Notes under the pieces: model-generated
The model's input: only the letters and a program-made list of their open reading frames with translations
Databases searched by the model: none
Told to the model about the DNA's origin: nothing
Shown here: one piece after another, positions 41,118-52,161 of the stretch
Position numbering within the stretch: the first letter of the stretch is position 1
Layout: each line of letters starts with the position of its first letter
Position numbers and translations under genes: made by a program
From: an uncultured Clostridia bacterium
Lineage (GTDB): Bacteria; Bacillota; Clostridia; TANB77; CAG-465
DNA length: 64,000 bases
Reading direction: 5' to 3'
Assembly (NCBI GenBank): GCA_944383015.1
Contig: CALWOC010000001.1
Location: 228,148-292,147, forward strand

Positions 41118-41217
41118 TTGACTTTTTATGTAAATAGTGATATAATATAATTGTATTGAAGTTTATTTTGTGAGAAGTTTAATAATGGTCTCATGCCATT
41201 ATTATCTTCTCTTTTTT
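41118..41217 (+). promoter_or_regulatory. Paralogous promoter plus leader terminator-like hairpin upstream of the 204-aa gene
   Basis: TTGACT-17-TGaTATAAT (41118-41146). Hairpin 41172-41211 (gagaag..aataatgg/ccattatt..cttctc) followed by T6. Confidence 0.45.
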
Positions 41218-41312
41218 GCCAGAAGTAAACTTTGAGTGTTCGGATTATTACATATGATGAATATCATCAATACACAAAAAGAAAAAAAATAAGAATAAAA
41301 AGGAGAGTGATT

Positions 41313-41927
41313 ATGATGGCAAAACATATTGAAAATTCTGCAAAAGCAGGAAATAATAAGAAAAAAAAGGAAGGATTTTTAATTAGAACAAGAGAAAAAT
41401 TCAAAATTAATTCAGATAATGCAAAAAAAGCTACAACAAGACTTTTCATAATGATACTATTTTCAATTATTATGGGTATTTTAGCATTATATTTAATGTC
41501 ACCAGCTAAAGAAATATATAATTCAAGAAATGCTCAAATCAAAGAAAGCTTAAATGTATATGATTATTCTGGTGATGAAAGAGAAAAGCAAAAGCAAAAA
41601 GCTGATGAGGCAGACAATCTTTACGGAACTATCATTGACACTTATAAAACTAATGATAATCCAATTATTGAAGCATATGCCAATATTCCTAGTGATTTTA
41701 CCATTACTTTTAATGTAGTAGAAGTAGGTATTGCTTTTCTAATGTTTTTACCATTTTTTGCAATACTTTTAATGTTTTTAGGTAACCCCAAAAACTTTTT
41801 GTTTGCAATTATAAATATGGTAATAGTAATACCATTTAACACAATAATTGATTGGTTTAATTCATTTAGAGAAGACAAAAAAAGTTCTAAAAAAAATAAA
41901 TCCTTAAAAACAAAAGAAGCTGCTTAG
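41313..41927 (+). CDS. Small membrane protein, same architecture as the 151-aa neighbour
   Basis: ATG behind AAAAAGGAGAG. The track ORF starts at an upstream TTG inside the leader. Confidence 0.6.
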   Translation: MMAKHIENSAKAGNNKKKKEGFLIRTREKFKINSDNAKKATTRLFIMILFSIIMGILALYLMSPAKEIYNSRNAQIKESLNVYDYSGDEREKQKQKADEADNLYGTIIDTYKTNDNPIIEAYANIPSDFTITFNVVEVGIAFLMFLPFFAILLMFLGNPKNFLFAIINMVIVIPFNTIIDWFNSFREDKKSSKKNKSLKTKEAA

Positions 41928-41945
41928 TAGCAGCTTCTTTCTTTT

Positions 41946-42446
41946 TTACTCTTCAATATCTTTTTCATAGTATTCTTCATTAATATCATCGTCATCTAAA
42001 TCTATATCTACTTCTTTTACCTTTTTTGTTTTATTCTTTTCTTTTTTATCACATTTATCCATTTTCTTATTTATAAGTGAATCAATTTTATTTATTATAT
42101 CTGGTATCATATCAACAGCTCTGTCTACTACATTAATACCATCTACATTTAATACTTTTGCAATACCGTCTTTAATTACTAAAAAGCCTACAGGACATAT
42201 TTTTACTCCAGCACCAGATCCTCCACCAAATGGTAATTTCATGTTTTCACTATATTTAGATAATTTATTAGTATTAAATTCACTTCCACCAGCTGCAAAT
42301 CCAAAACACACTTTAGATAGAGGAATAATTGTTGTATTATCTGGTGTTACAATACTTTCTCCTATTATAGTATTAACATCTACCATACTTTCTATCGAAG
42401 TCATTGAAGTTATCATTAGAGATTCTATTGGATGTTTTGTTTCCAT
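41946..42446 (-). CDS. ytfJ: GerW/YtfJ-family sporulation protein
   Basis: ..IIPLSKVCFGFAAGGSEF..LPFGGGSGAGVKICPVGFLVI.. is characteristic of YtfJ. Confidence 0.85.
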   Translation of the reverse strand: METKHPIESLMITSMTSIESMVDVNTIIGESIVTPDNTTIIPLSKVCFGFAAGGSEFNTNKLSKYSENMKLPFGGGSGAGVKICPVGFLVIKDGIAKVLNVDGINVVDRAVDMIPDIINKIDSLINKKMDKCDKKEKNKTKKVKEVDIDLDDDDINEEYYEKDIEE

Positions 42447-42960
42447 TTTTTATACCACCTTTCAAAATTACTAATATAATTTTTATTATACTGATTATAT
42501 TTTTTACTATTGAGACGTGAATTATACCATTTATTCTCAAATATATAACTTTTTTAGAAATAAATGTATTGTATTTTATATTGTCAAGATTAAAATTATT
42601 ATTATTTTTAACTATAAGTATTGGCAAAATACTATTAATTATAGCTATTACATATGCATTAACTATAGGATCTTTAAAATTAATTCCAAGTTCCATATCT
42701 AGTTTATTAACTTTTATAGTTTTTAATATTTTTGTTACTATTTTTACAATTTCTTCTTTTTCCATAGATTTTATTATCTGTTTTACAATCATAAAAACAC
42801 TATTAGTAATCTTATTTTTTGAGTTTCCTTCTGTATGAACTTTTCTATCTAATTCTATTTTTTTTATTTTTATTCCAAATAAATATAAAGCAATATTATT
42901 TTTATTTTCAATTAAATTGGTCCCTTTGTTTTCCTCTAAATATTTAATCTTTATTTTCAA
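42373..42960 (-). CDS. DUF2953-like protein (ytfI position)
   Basis: Lies upstream of ytfJ, as in clostridia. TTG start after GGTGA. 74-nt overlap with ytfJ. Confidence 0.5.
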   Translation of the reverse strand: MKIKIKYLEENKGTNLIENKNNIALYLFGIKIKKIELDRKVHTEGNSKNKITNSVFMIVKQIIKSMEKEEIVKIVTKILKTIKVNKLDMELGINFKDPIVNAYVIAIINSILPILIVKNNNNFNLDNIKYNTFISKKVIYLRINGIIHVSIVKNIISIIKIILVILKGGIKNGNKTSNRISNDNFNDFDRKYGRC

Positions 42961-43012
42961 TGTAAATTCACCATAAATATTATGTGTAAACTTTAAAATA
43001 TCTATTTATATT

Positions 43013-43041
43013 TTGACAAACATTCTAAAATCTAGTATAAT
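43013..43041 (+). promoter_or_regulatory. Consensus promoter of the PAP2-like gene
   Basis: TTGACA-17 nt-TATAAT. Confidence 0.6.
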
Positions 43042-43066
43042 TTCAAATGATTGGAGGTATGGTAAT

Positions 43067-43738
43067 ATGACTCTCATATTTGGAGACAGTTTATATTACA
43101 ATCTAATATTTTTTATAACTATATCTGTTATATTTACATGGTTTATAACACAAGTTTTTAAAGTTTTCTTAAAATGTTGGATTGGTAAGAAATTTTCATT
43201 TAAAATGTTTTTAGCAGATGGAGATTTTCCATCAACGCATACTGCTGTAGTAACTTGTAGTGTCATTTTAATTTTATTTTTAAATGCATGTACATTTAAT
43301 GAAACAAATATGTATATTGTATCTCAATTTAATAGTGCTAAAGATTTTCTTATTATGCTAACTTTAGCATCAATTGTTATTCGTGATGCTATGGGTCAAA
43401 GACATAGACAAGACAACACAAATAAAAACTTAAAAAATCTAAAAGACTATGTACAGGAGATGGGAGTAGAAAAAAATGTAATAGAACATATAGATGCAAC
43501 TTTTGAATCTATAGATAATGAAGCTATCAAAAGAGTAGGTCACCTAAAACATGAAGTATATGGCGGTATGGTACTTGGAGCTTTATGTGCACTATATCCT
43601 ATTATATTCTTTTTTAATAGGTATGATTGGCTTTTAATTGCAATAATATCTACATTAATATATTTTATTGCTATAATAGCTTTTTTAAAATTAAAACCAG
43701 TTGTACTAAAAAAAATGACTTACAGAAAAAAGAGATAA
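43067..43738 (+). CDS. Divergent PAP2/DUF212-like membrane protein
   Basis: GDFPSTHTAVV motif and multiple TM segments. ATG behind GGAGGT. Confidence 0.45.
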   Translation: MTLIFGDSLYYNLIFFITISVIFTWFITQVFKVFLKCWIGKKFSFKMFLADGDFPSTHTAVVTCSVILILFLNACTFNETNMYIVSQFNSAKDFLIMLTLASIVIRDAMGQRHRQDNTNKNLKNLKDYVQEMGVEKNVIEHIDATFESIDNEAIKRVGHLKHEVYGGMVLGALCALYPIIFFFNRYDWLLIAIISTLIYFIAIIAFLKLKPVVLKKMTYRKKR

Positions 43739-43753
43739 TAAATATATAAAAGA

Positions 43754-43780
43754 AAAGATGCGTGAGTTTCACGCATCTTT
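43754..43780. terminator. Bidirectional terminator
   Basis: Perfect 12-bp stem aaagatgcgtga/tcacgcatcttt. Confidence 0.75.
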
Positions 43781-43797
43781 TTTTAATTATACATATT

Positions 43798-45744
43798 TTA
43801 CCACGATCTACCGCCGCCACCTCCAGCACCACCACCAGAGTGACCACCTCCAGAAAATCCACCGCCTGATGAAGAAGAACCACTGCTGCTTGGTGAAGAA
43901 CTCATTACACTATTTGTATCTGAAAGCGCTCTATTTATTGAATTTCCAAAAGTAATAACGTTAAATGTAGAGGTTGAACCATACCATGTTGGTGGTTCAA
44001 TATTTATTTCTTCAAACTTAGAAATCCATTTTTTAGATATTCCAAGAACATAGGTATATGGTAATATATCATAAAAATAACTTGGTGTTTGCATAACTAG
44101 TTGCTCTAATTCATCTTTTCTTGCATTTTCTAAAAATCTCTTAAATCCTCTTATCTTGCCTAATATTTCACATCCATATGTTGTTCTAGCTGTCATTATT
44201 GAATTAAGTATTAATAAAATTACAACTGTAACAACACCACTTACAACCACTATCCAATCTACAGTTTCAAGCTGACCTATCATACTAAGTGTTACAATAG
44301 AGAAAAAAGGTGAAAGCATAAACAGTCCAAACAAAGTCATAATAATACCAGTAATAATTCCTCCAAGTTTTTTAGTTCTTATTGACGAGATTATAATAGA
44401 TATAAACATTACTGCAAAAAATATTGGTATTAATAGAAATATTACATTTGGAAAAATTGGTATATTCATTATATAAAAGCAATATATTATTGCGGACAAT
44501 ATCACACCAAAAATCAAAAATCCATTTATTGTCTTGCACTTTGATGATTTTTTATCTATTATTTTCTCCTTGTTTTTCTTAGAATTAATTTTTGTTCTAA
44601 TATCATCTTGTGTTCTATAGAATTTATATCTTAAATCTTTTAGTGTTACTTCATCACCTTTTTTAAATAATCCGTTAAAGAACTTCCTTTCATATGTATT
44701 ATCTCCATCATATTCTCTTAGTTTTATAATCTTAAATGAATCTGTTTTAAAGAATACATTTTGTTCTTCATATTCTTCTATTTTTAAATATTTCTTGTTA
44801 GCTAAATATATTAAAAGAGAAGTAATATCTTCACTAGATGCGGATGCCTTATATGCAAATGCAGTCTCTAAGCTATTAAGATTTTCTGGTGGATAAAATT
44901 CAACTGTTTCAACAACTTTTTTATCTCTTCCAAACTTAAACCACATTACAAATGATACAGCAATAATTATTACAAATATTACAATTATACCTAGTTTATA
45001 ATAATATGTGCTTTCCGGTATTACAAAGTAACCATCAGGTAATTCTAATCTAACTGTAAATGCTTCATATGAATTTAGCTTTTCATTTAATTTACCAGAA
45101 ATAACGTTTTCGTTTATCTCATACTCAACATTACCAGTTAAATCTTCATTAACCTTACCATATGTAAATCCTAATTTGCTCTCATCAAAATCTTTAGGCA
45201 TTTTTATACTAAATGTTATATTATCTATTGTAGTATCCCAGTCTGGACCAATAATGTTATAATATAGCTCGTCATAATCTTTAGTATTAGAGCTATATTT
45301 ATAATCATATGAAATAACATACTTTTTTTCTCCTGTTATTGTTCTATTAGGATTTCCAATAGTAAGCTCTAATTCTGTATTGTTACCATAAGTTGTATTT
45401 TTAGTAAAATTTTCATTAACAGATATATTAGAAACTTTTGCCCTATAATTACTAGTATCATTATCATATCTATTTAATGTACCATTTAATGGTATAACTC
45501 TAACAATTCCATGTTTTGAAGTATTAAAATATGCAGTTATAGTCTCTGTTATATGCAAAACATTATCTTCTGATACTTCGATATTTACATCATAAGAAGT
45601 AATTTCATATGGCTTCTTACTTGATGCATAAATATATGATGCAGATATTATAATTACTAAAGAAACTATAACACCAAGAATTGTTTTTAAATTTTGTATA
45701 TGCTTACTAGTATTTTTCTTCTTTTGAAAACTAAATATTGCCAT
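43798..45744 (-). CDS. DUF2207-family membrane protein with a Gly-rich C-terminal tail
   Basis: N-terminal TM, large ectodomain, TM cluster and a SSSGGGFSGGGHSGGGAGGGGGRSW tail. Paired with LemA. Confidence 0.75.
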   Translation of the reverse strand: MAIFSFQKKKNTSKHIQNLKTILGVIVSLVIIISASYIYASSKKPYEITSYDVNIEVSEDNVLHITETITAYFNTSKHGIVRVIPLNGTLNRYDNDTSNYRAKVSNISVNENFTKNTTYGNNTELELTIGNPNRTITGEKKYVISYDYKYSSNTKDYDELYYNIIGPDWDTTIDNITFSIKMPKDFDESKLGFTYGKVNEDLTGNVEYEINENVISGKLNEKLNSYEAFTVRLELPDGYFVIPESTYYYKLGIIVIFVIIIAVSFVMWFKFGRDKKVVETVEFYPPENLNSLETAFAYKASASSEDITSLLIYLANKKYLKIEEYEEQNVFFKTDSFKIIKLREYDGDNTYERKFFNGLFKKGDEVTLKDLRYKFYRTQDDIRTKINSKKNKEKIIDKKSSKCKTINGFLIFGVILSAIIYCFYIMNIPIFPNVIFLLIPIFFAVMFISIIISSIRTKKLGGIITGIIMTLFGLFMLSPFFSIVTLSMIGQLETVDWIVVVSGVVTVVILLILNSIMTARTTYGCEILGKIRGFKRFLENARKDELEQLVMQTPSYFYDILPYTYVLGISKKWISKFEEINIEPPTWYGSTSTFNVITFGNSINRALSDTNSVMSSSPSSSGSSSSGGGFSGGGHSGGGAGGGGGRSW

Positions 45745-45762
45745 ATAATTTCACCACCTATA

Positions 45763-46314
45763 CTATAAATCTATTTTAACACTTTGTTTTTCTTCTTCTT
45801 TTGCTTCAAACATGTTTTTTTGTTTATATCCAAACATTTTAGCTACAATATTATTTGGAAATTTTAAAATAGATATATTATAATTTTTAACTGTACCATT
45901 ATAATATTTTCTTGAATTTTCTATATCATTTTCAACTTGAACTAGTTGCTCACTTAACTTAAGAAAGTTTTCATTTGCCTTTAACTCTGGATAAGACTCT
46001 GCAAGAAGCATTAGTTTTGATACTCTAGATGATAATTTATTATCACTCTCAACTTTTTCTTGATTGCTCATATTATCATAAACATTATTTCTCAAATTAA
46101 CAATCTCTTCTAAAGTGTTTTTTTCATGCTCTGCATATCCTTTTACACATTCTACTAAATTAGGTATCAAATCCCATCTTTTCTTTAAATATACATCCAT
46201 TGTAGAAAAAGCTTCTTCAACCATATTGTTTAAATTTACAAAATTGTTATACATAATTATAATAAACAAAAGTATAATTACTAAAACAACAATTCCTATT
46301 ATTATTCCTATCAT
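45763..46314 (-). CDS. lemA: LemA family protein
   Basis: N-terminal TM followed by ..YNNFVNLNNMVEEAFSTMDVYLKKRWDLIPNLVE.. Confidence 0.85.
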   Translation of the reverse strand: MIGIIIGIVVLVIILLFIIIMYNNFVNLNNMVEEAFSTMDVYLKKRWDLIPNLVECVKGYAEHEKNTLEEIVNLRNNVYDNMSNQEKVESDNKLSSRVSKLMLLAESYPELKANENFLKLSEQLVQVENDIENSRKYYNGTVKNYNISILKFPNNIVAKMFGYKQKNMFEAKEEEKQSVKIDL

Positions 46315-46524
46315 TATAATCCTCCTTTTAATAAAGATTAAATTTCAATTATAAGATAGCATCTATTCTTCATATTGTAAATAGCTTCGAATTTATATAA
46401 AAATTCAGTAAAAATATTGAAATTAATATGTTCATAATATTTTTTTCTTTTAGATATTTGTTATATTTCATATATATTTCAAATTCTAAAAAAAGCCTTG
46501 TAACAAAGTGTTACAAGGTTTTTA

Positions 46525-47823
<1,299 letters not shown>

Positions 47824-48840
47824 CTATTCTTCAAAATAATTTATATTAATAGCTTTTTTTACTTCAGTCATTGTATTTTTTGCTCTATATCTTGCTTTTT
47901 TTGTTCCTTCCTTAAGAATTCTATCTACCTCTTGAGGATTATCTTCATAGTATTTTCTTCTCTCTTTTATTGGTTTTAAAAGATCAACAAGATTTTTTGT
48001 TAATTCTTTTTTACAATTTATACATCCTCTTGCACCAGCTTTACATTCTTTTGTAATTGTATCTAAATTGTCTTTGCTTACTAATTTATGATAATAATGT
48101 ACCATACAAACATCTGGATTTGCAGGATCATCCTTATGTATCTTTTTAGGATCTGTTTTTGCTTCCATTACCTTTTTACTTATAGTAGCTTCATCATCTA
48201 CTAGAAAAATGGCATTTCCTAAACTTTTTCCCATCTTTTCATTTCCATCTAATCCTTTAAGTCTTGATATACTAGAAAGAAGATGCTCTGGCTCTTTTAA
48301 TGTATCTCCATAAATTGAATTAAATTTTCTAACAATTTCTCTTGTTTGTTCAATTAAAGGTAATTGATCATCTCCTACTGGTACTAGTGTACCACCAAAA
48401 GCTGTAATGTCAGCTGCTTGACTTACAGGATAGCCTAAGAAACCATATGTAACACTCTCTCCACTTTGACCAAATAACTCTTTCTTTTGGGATATTTCAG
48501 TTTTAATAGTTGGATTTCTCTCTAATCTAGAAACTGTAACTAAATTAGAATAATATATAGTTAGCTCCGCTATTTCTGGAATCATAGATTGTATAAATAG
48601 TGTAGCTTTATTAGGATCTATTCCACACGCAAGTAAATCTAAAGCAAGTTCTCTTACATTTTTTCTTACTTTTTCTGGATTATTAAAATTATCTGTTAAT
48701 GCTTGAACATCTGCAATTTCTATATACTCATTATATTCATCTTGTAGTTTTACCCAGTTTCCTACGGCTCCAAAATAATGTCCTAAATGTAGATTACCAG
48801 TAGGTCTAATACCCGTTAAAATGTTTTTTTTGTCTTCCAT
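47824..48840 (-). CDS. trpS: Tryptophan--tRNA ligase
   Basis: GIRPTGNLHLGHY and KMGKS motifs. Confidence 0.95.
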   Translation of the reverse strand: MEDKKNILTGIRPTGNLHLGHYFGAVGNWVKLQDEYNEYIEIADVQALTDNFNNPEKVRKNVRELALDLLACGIDPNKATLFIQSMIPEIAELTIYYSNLVTVSRLERNPTIKTEISQKKELFGQSGESVTYGFLGYPVSQAADITAFGGTLVPVGDDQLPLIEQTREIVRKFNSIYGDTLKEPEHLLSSISRLKGLDGNEKMGKSLGNAIFLVDDEATISKKVMEAKTDPKKIHKDDPANPDVCMVHYYHKLVSKDNLDTITKECKAGARGCINCKKELTKNLVDLLKPIKERRKYYEDNPQEVDRILKEGTKKARYRAKNTMTEVKKAININYFEE

Positions 48841-48966
48841 AATTTATTCACCTCACGTTACTACGATATTATACAATAAAAGAAGAAAAAAATCTATAAA
48901 ATCTAATAATTTTCTTAAAATTATGTATACTTTAAATATATTTACTGCATTTGTTAGCACTTTTTC

Positions 48967-48995
48967 TTGACTTATAATAATTAGCAATATATAAT
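48967..48995 (+). promoter_or_regulatory. Promoter of the beta-CASP gene
   Basis: TTGACT-17 nt-TATAAT. Confidence 0.55.
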
Positions 48996-49097
48996 ATGAC
49001 TAAATAAAAGAGAATATGTAAAATAATAACTATTATTTTAATTCTAAATGTAAATAATTATTTTGCATATTAAATTATTAAGAAGGAGGAATTTTTT

Positions 49098-50576
49098 ATG
49101 AGTAGAAGTAATAAAGCAGAGATGTATTTAGATGTCTTAGCTTTGCACAAAGAGGTTACAGGGTCCTGTATTTCATGCATTGCAAGGTTTCCAAATGGTC
49201 AAAAAGTAAAATTTCTTGTTGATTGTGGTTTATTCCAAGAAGAAAAATATAATCAACTGAATTATCAATTTCCTTTTGACCCGAGTGAATATGATTTTTT
49301 GTTAGTCACACATACTCACATAGATCATATTGGTAGAATTCCTAAATTATATAAGGAGGGATTTAAAGGTAAGACTTACACAACAAATATAGCAGTTGAA
49401 TTAATGTCTGCCGCACTAAATAACACTGCTGAAATTCTTTCATCTAGTATTCAAAAAAATTCAAAGAAAAAAGTAATAGTTGATTCATCGATTCCAGTTT
49501 TTGATTCTTCTAAGCCATTATATGATTTAGATGATGTATCATATGCAATGGAAAACGTCATAGGTAAAGATTATAACCAAACATTTAAAGTAAATGAACA
49601 CATTAGTGTTACATTGCTAAAAAATGGTCATACTCTAGGTTCAGCATGTATCCTTGTTACAATAAGCTATAAAGGTCAAAAACCAATATATGCTCTTTTT
49701 ACAGGAGACTATTCACCAGAAAATATGTTTTTTGATGTTAACGAAATTCCTAAGAAAATAAAAGACTTACCAATTAGTATAATCACTGAATCAACTTACG
49801 GAACAACTAGCAAACAAAGTATAAAGCATATTTTTGATGAACTAGTGCTTAACTCTATAAAAAATAAGGAAACGTTAATTATTACACTATTTGCTTTTGG
49901 TAGAATGCAAGAAGTAAAATATAAGTTAATGAGACTTCAGGAGGAAAATTTACTAGATAAAAATATCAAAATTTATTGTGATGGTAAATTATCATACAAA
50001 TATGATGATATATTTTTATCACATATAGATGAACTAAAAATTTACAACTTTCTTCCTAAAAATATTCATCAAATTAATGATTACAACGAAAGAAACGCTT
50101 TGCTTTCTGATAGAACATGCAAAATCATTCTTACAACATCTGGTATGGGAAATTATGGCCCTGCACAGGTATACTTACCATACTATATTTCAAGGCCAAA
50201 ATGCTCAATCATTTTTGGTGGATATACTGCTCAAAACACTTTAGGTAGAAAACTTCAAGACGTCAAGGATAATGATCTTTTTGAGTTAAATGGCGTTATG
50301 ACCAAAAAAAAGGCAAATGTATATTCAATTAACGAACTATCAAGTCATGCAAAACAAGAAGATCTTCTTAACTTTTTAAAAAAATTTTCTAATTTAAAGC
50401 TTGTATTAATAAATCATGGAGAAAAGGATGTGAAGGAAAAATTTGCTAAAAAAGTTGTTGAAGACATTAATCCCAAAAATGTAGCAATACTTGGGCCAGA
50501 ACATTATATAAGAATTGGTGCACACGGACTAATAAAGTCTTATGTAACAAATACTTTGAATTTTAACATTAACTAA
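49098..50576 (+). CDS. MBL-fold beta-CASP nuclease (CPSF/RNase J superfamily)
   Basis: VTHTHIDHIGR (HxHxDH), ..NGHTLGS.., ..FTGDY.., ..LSSHAKQEDL.., ..INHGE.. motifs. SD AAGGAGGA. Confidence 0.8.
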   Translation: MSRSNKAEMYLDVLALHKEVTGSCISCIARFPNGQKVKFLVDCGLFQEEKYNQLNYQFPFDPSEYDFLLVTHTHIDHIGRIPKLYKEGFKGKTYTTNIAVELMSAALNNTAEILSSSIQKNSKKKVIVDSSIPVFDSSKPLYDLDDVSYAMENVIGKDYNQTFKVNEHISVTLLKNGHTLGSACILVTISYKGQKPIYALFTGDYSPENMFFDVNEIPKKIKDLPISIITESTYGTTSKQSIKHIFDELVLNSIKNKETLIITLFAFGRMQEVKYKLMRLQEENLLDKNIKIYCDGKLSYKYDDIFLSHIDELKIYNFLPKNIHQINDYNERNALLSDRTCKIILTTSGMGNYGPAQVYLPYYISRPKCSIIFGGYTAQNTLGRKLQDVKDNDLFELNGVMTKKKANVYSINELSSHAKQEDLLNFLKKFSNLKLVLINHGEKDVKEKFAKKVVEDINPKNVAILGPEHYIRIGAHGLIKSYVTNTLNFNIN

Positions 50577-50583
50577 AAAAATA

Positions 50584-50611
50584 GAGATGGAAAAATTAAT
50601 TTTTCCATCTC
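50584..50611. terminator. Bidirectional terminator between the convergent beta-CASP and 212-aa genes
   Basis: Palindrome gagatggaaaaatt/aatttttccatctc flanked by an A-run and a T-run. Confidence 0.7.
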
Positions 50612-50616
50612 CTTTT

Positions 50617-51255
50617 TTAGTAAGGCAGTATCTCTATTTTCTTTTCTTTATTCCAAAAATTACTATTAGTTATAACCCTTATTCTTTTTCCTTTTGATTT
50701 TGAATATGCAGAAAACAACTTTGCAAAATTCATACAATAAAATATTTTATTAAAAAATCCTTTAGGAGTAACAAATATATTTACTGCTTTATTTCCTATA
50801 TCATCTGAATACTTATCATAAAAGTACTTGACCTTATATCTAAAGTCACCAATAATTTCTGTTTCATTATCAAAATGAGAAATTCCGTCAATAAAATCTT
50901 CAATTAAAGTATTACATTTTTTATTTCTGTCTCTAAAACTACCATCTAGTAAATAACCATTAATAAAAAAAGTATAATCAGCAATATTAGTAACATTTTC
51001 CTTCATTGCATATATTGAAGATAAAAATCCTGGATATAAGAAAATTTTATTTAAAATGCAATATATAAGTTGAGCTTTCTCTTTTTCTAAGAGATCTTTT
51101 TTCTTAAAGTTATATATTCTAACTTCTTTTTCATCTCTATTTATATATACATCCCCTTCAAATTCTTCTTCTTCTCCATACTCATTATCCGCATACAAAT
51201 AAATCTTATCTGACAACTCGTCAAATACTACATCTAAATTATCCTTTTTAAACAT
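50617..51255 (-). CDS. Hypothetical 212-aa cytoplasmic protein
   Basis: SD AAAGGAGAG. Own promoter TTGATT-17-TGaTAAAAT after the rpmA terminator. Confidence 0.6.
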   Translation of the reverse strand: MFKKDNLDVVFDELSDKIYLYADNEYGEEEEFEGDVYINRDEKEVRIYNFKKKDLLEKEKAQLIYCILNKIFLYPGFLSSIYAMKENVTNIADYTFFINGYLLDGSFRDRNKKCNTLIEDFIDGISHFDNETEIIGDFRYKVKYFYDKYSDDIGNKAVNIFVTPKGFFNKIFYCMNFAKLFSAYSKSKGKRIRVITNSNFWNKEKKIEILPY

Positions 51256-51364
51256 TTTCTTCTCTCCTTTTCAAATTATTATTTTTAAGAAAAAGATTTC
51301 TTTTTCTTATAATTTATTACATATACATTAATATTTTATCATATTTATGTAAAATAATCAAGAA

Positions 51365-51394
51365 AAAAGCAGCTAGATTACTCTAGCTGCTTTT
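51365..51394 (-). terminator. rplU-rpmA terminator
   Basis: Stem gcagctag/ctagctgc with A/T extension, then a T-run on the minus strand. Confidence 0.7.
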
Positions 51395-51397
51395 AAA

Positions 51398-51658
51398 TTA
51401 TTCTTCTACTGGATATACGCTAACTTTCTTGTCGCTTCTTCCTTTTCTTTCAAATTTAACGACACCGTCAACTTTTGCATATAAAGTATCATCGCTTCCT
51501 ATGCCAACGTTATTACCTGGATGAACTTTAGTTCCTCTTTGTCTATATAAAATATTTCCAGCTAAAACAAATTGACCGTCTGCTCTTTTTGCTCCAAGTC
51601 TTTTAGCTTCACTATCTCTACCGTTTCTTGTAGAGCCGCCTCCTTTTTTATGTGCCAT
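51398..51658 (-). CDS. rpmA: 50S ribosomal protein L27 (no N-terminal propeptide)
   Basis: Begins [16 protein letters not shown]. Confidence 0.97.
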   Translation of the reverse strand: MAHKKGGGSTRNGRDSEAKRLGAKRADGQFVLAGNILYRQRGTKVHPGNNVGIGSDDTLYAKVDGVVKFERKGRSDKKVSVYPVEE

Positions 51659-51696
51659 TTATCTCACTCCTTTTTATTCACATTACGTTTTACTAA

Positions 51697-52050
51697 TTAT
51701 TCAGCTGCTTCTTCAGTAGCTTTCTTTGCTCTTGTTCCAGTTGTTATTTTTTCAATTTGAATCTTTGTATATGGTTGTCTATGTCCTCTTGTTTTTCTTT
51801 CATTTTTCTTTGGTTTGTATTTAAATACAACAACCTTTTTAGATTTTCCATGTCCAACAACTGTAGCTTTAACTTTTGCTCCTTTAACAGTATCAGTTCC
51901 AACTGTTACTTTATTTCCGTCTGAAACTAATAGAACTTTATCAAAAGTAGTTGTTTTACCCTCTTCTAGTTCTTCTAGTCTATCAACAAAAACAATGTCT
52001 CCTTCTTGAACTTTGTACTGTTTTCCACTAATTTCAACTATTGCGTACAT
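51697..52050 (-). CDS. rplU: 50S ribosomal protein L21 (with a short C-terminal extension)
   Basis: MYAIVEISGKQYKVQEGD.. Confidence 0.96.
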   Translation of the reverse strand: MYAIVEISGKQYKVQEGDIVFVDRLEELEEGKTTTFDKVLLVSDGNKVTVGTDTVKGAKVKATVVGHGKSKKVVVFKYKPKKNERKTRGHRQPYTKIQIEKITTGTRAKKATEEAAE

Positions 52051-52161
52051 AATGTTCCTCCTTATTCTAACTTGCTCTCGCCATTAAGGTAGCTTACACT
52101 TTTAAACCTGTTCTGTGCGGAATACGTGTATTATTTTAACATATTTATATATAATTGTCAA
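52051..52161 (-). promoter_or_regulatory. rplU promoter and structured 5' leader (candidate L21-leader-type element)
   Basis: TTGACA (52161-52156)-17 nt-TAAAAT (52138-52133), overlapping the pth stop. The leader of about 76 nt is visibly more GC-rich than its surroundings. Confidence 0.4.

Noticed and set aside
42373-42446. The 74-nt overlap of the DUF2953-like gene and ytfJ as evidence of a frameshift or fusion
   Set aside because: ytfJ has its own SD (AGGTGG) and a canonical N-terminus. The upstream ORF simply terminates late in another frame, and no homopolymer or disrupted homology is visible.
43671-43955. 70-aa and 65-aa ORFs and the GGTGG/CCACC-rich DNA around 43800-43900
   Set aside because: The repetitive GC-rich DNA is explained by the Gly-rich C-terminal tail of the DUF2207 protein. 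The small ORFs are alternate-frame or antisense readings of it.
48841-49097. T-box leader upstream of trpS
   Set aside because: The 257-bp region has no T-box consensus (..GGTGGTACCGCG..) on the minus strand and no terminator/antiterminator pair. It mainly holds the divergent beta-CASP promoter.
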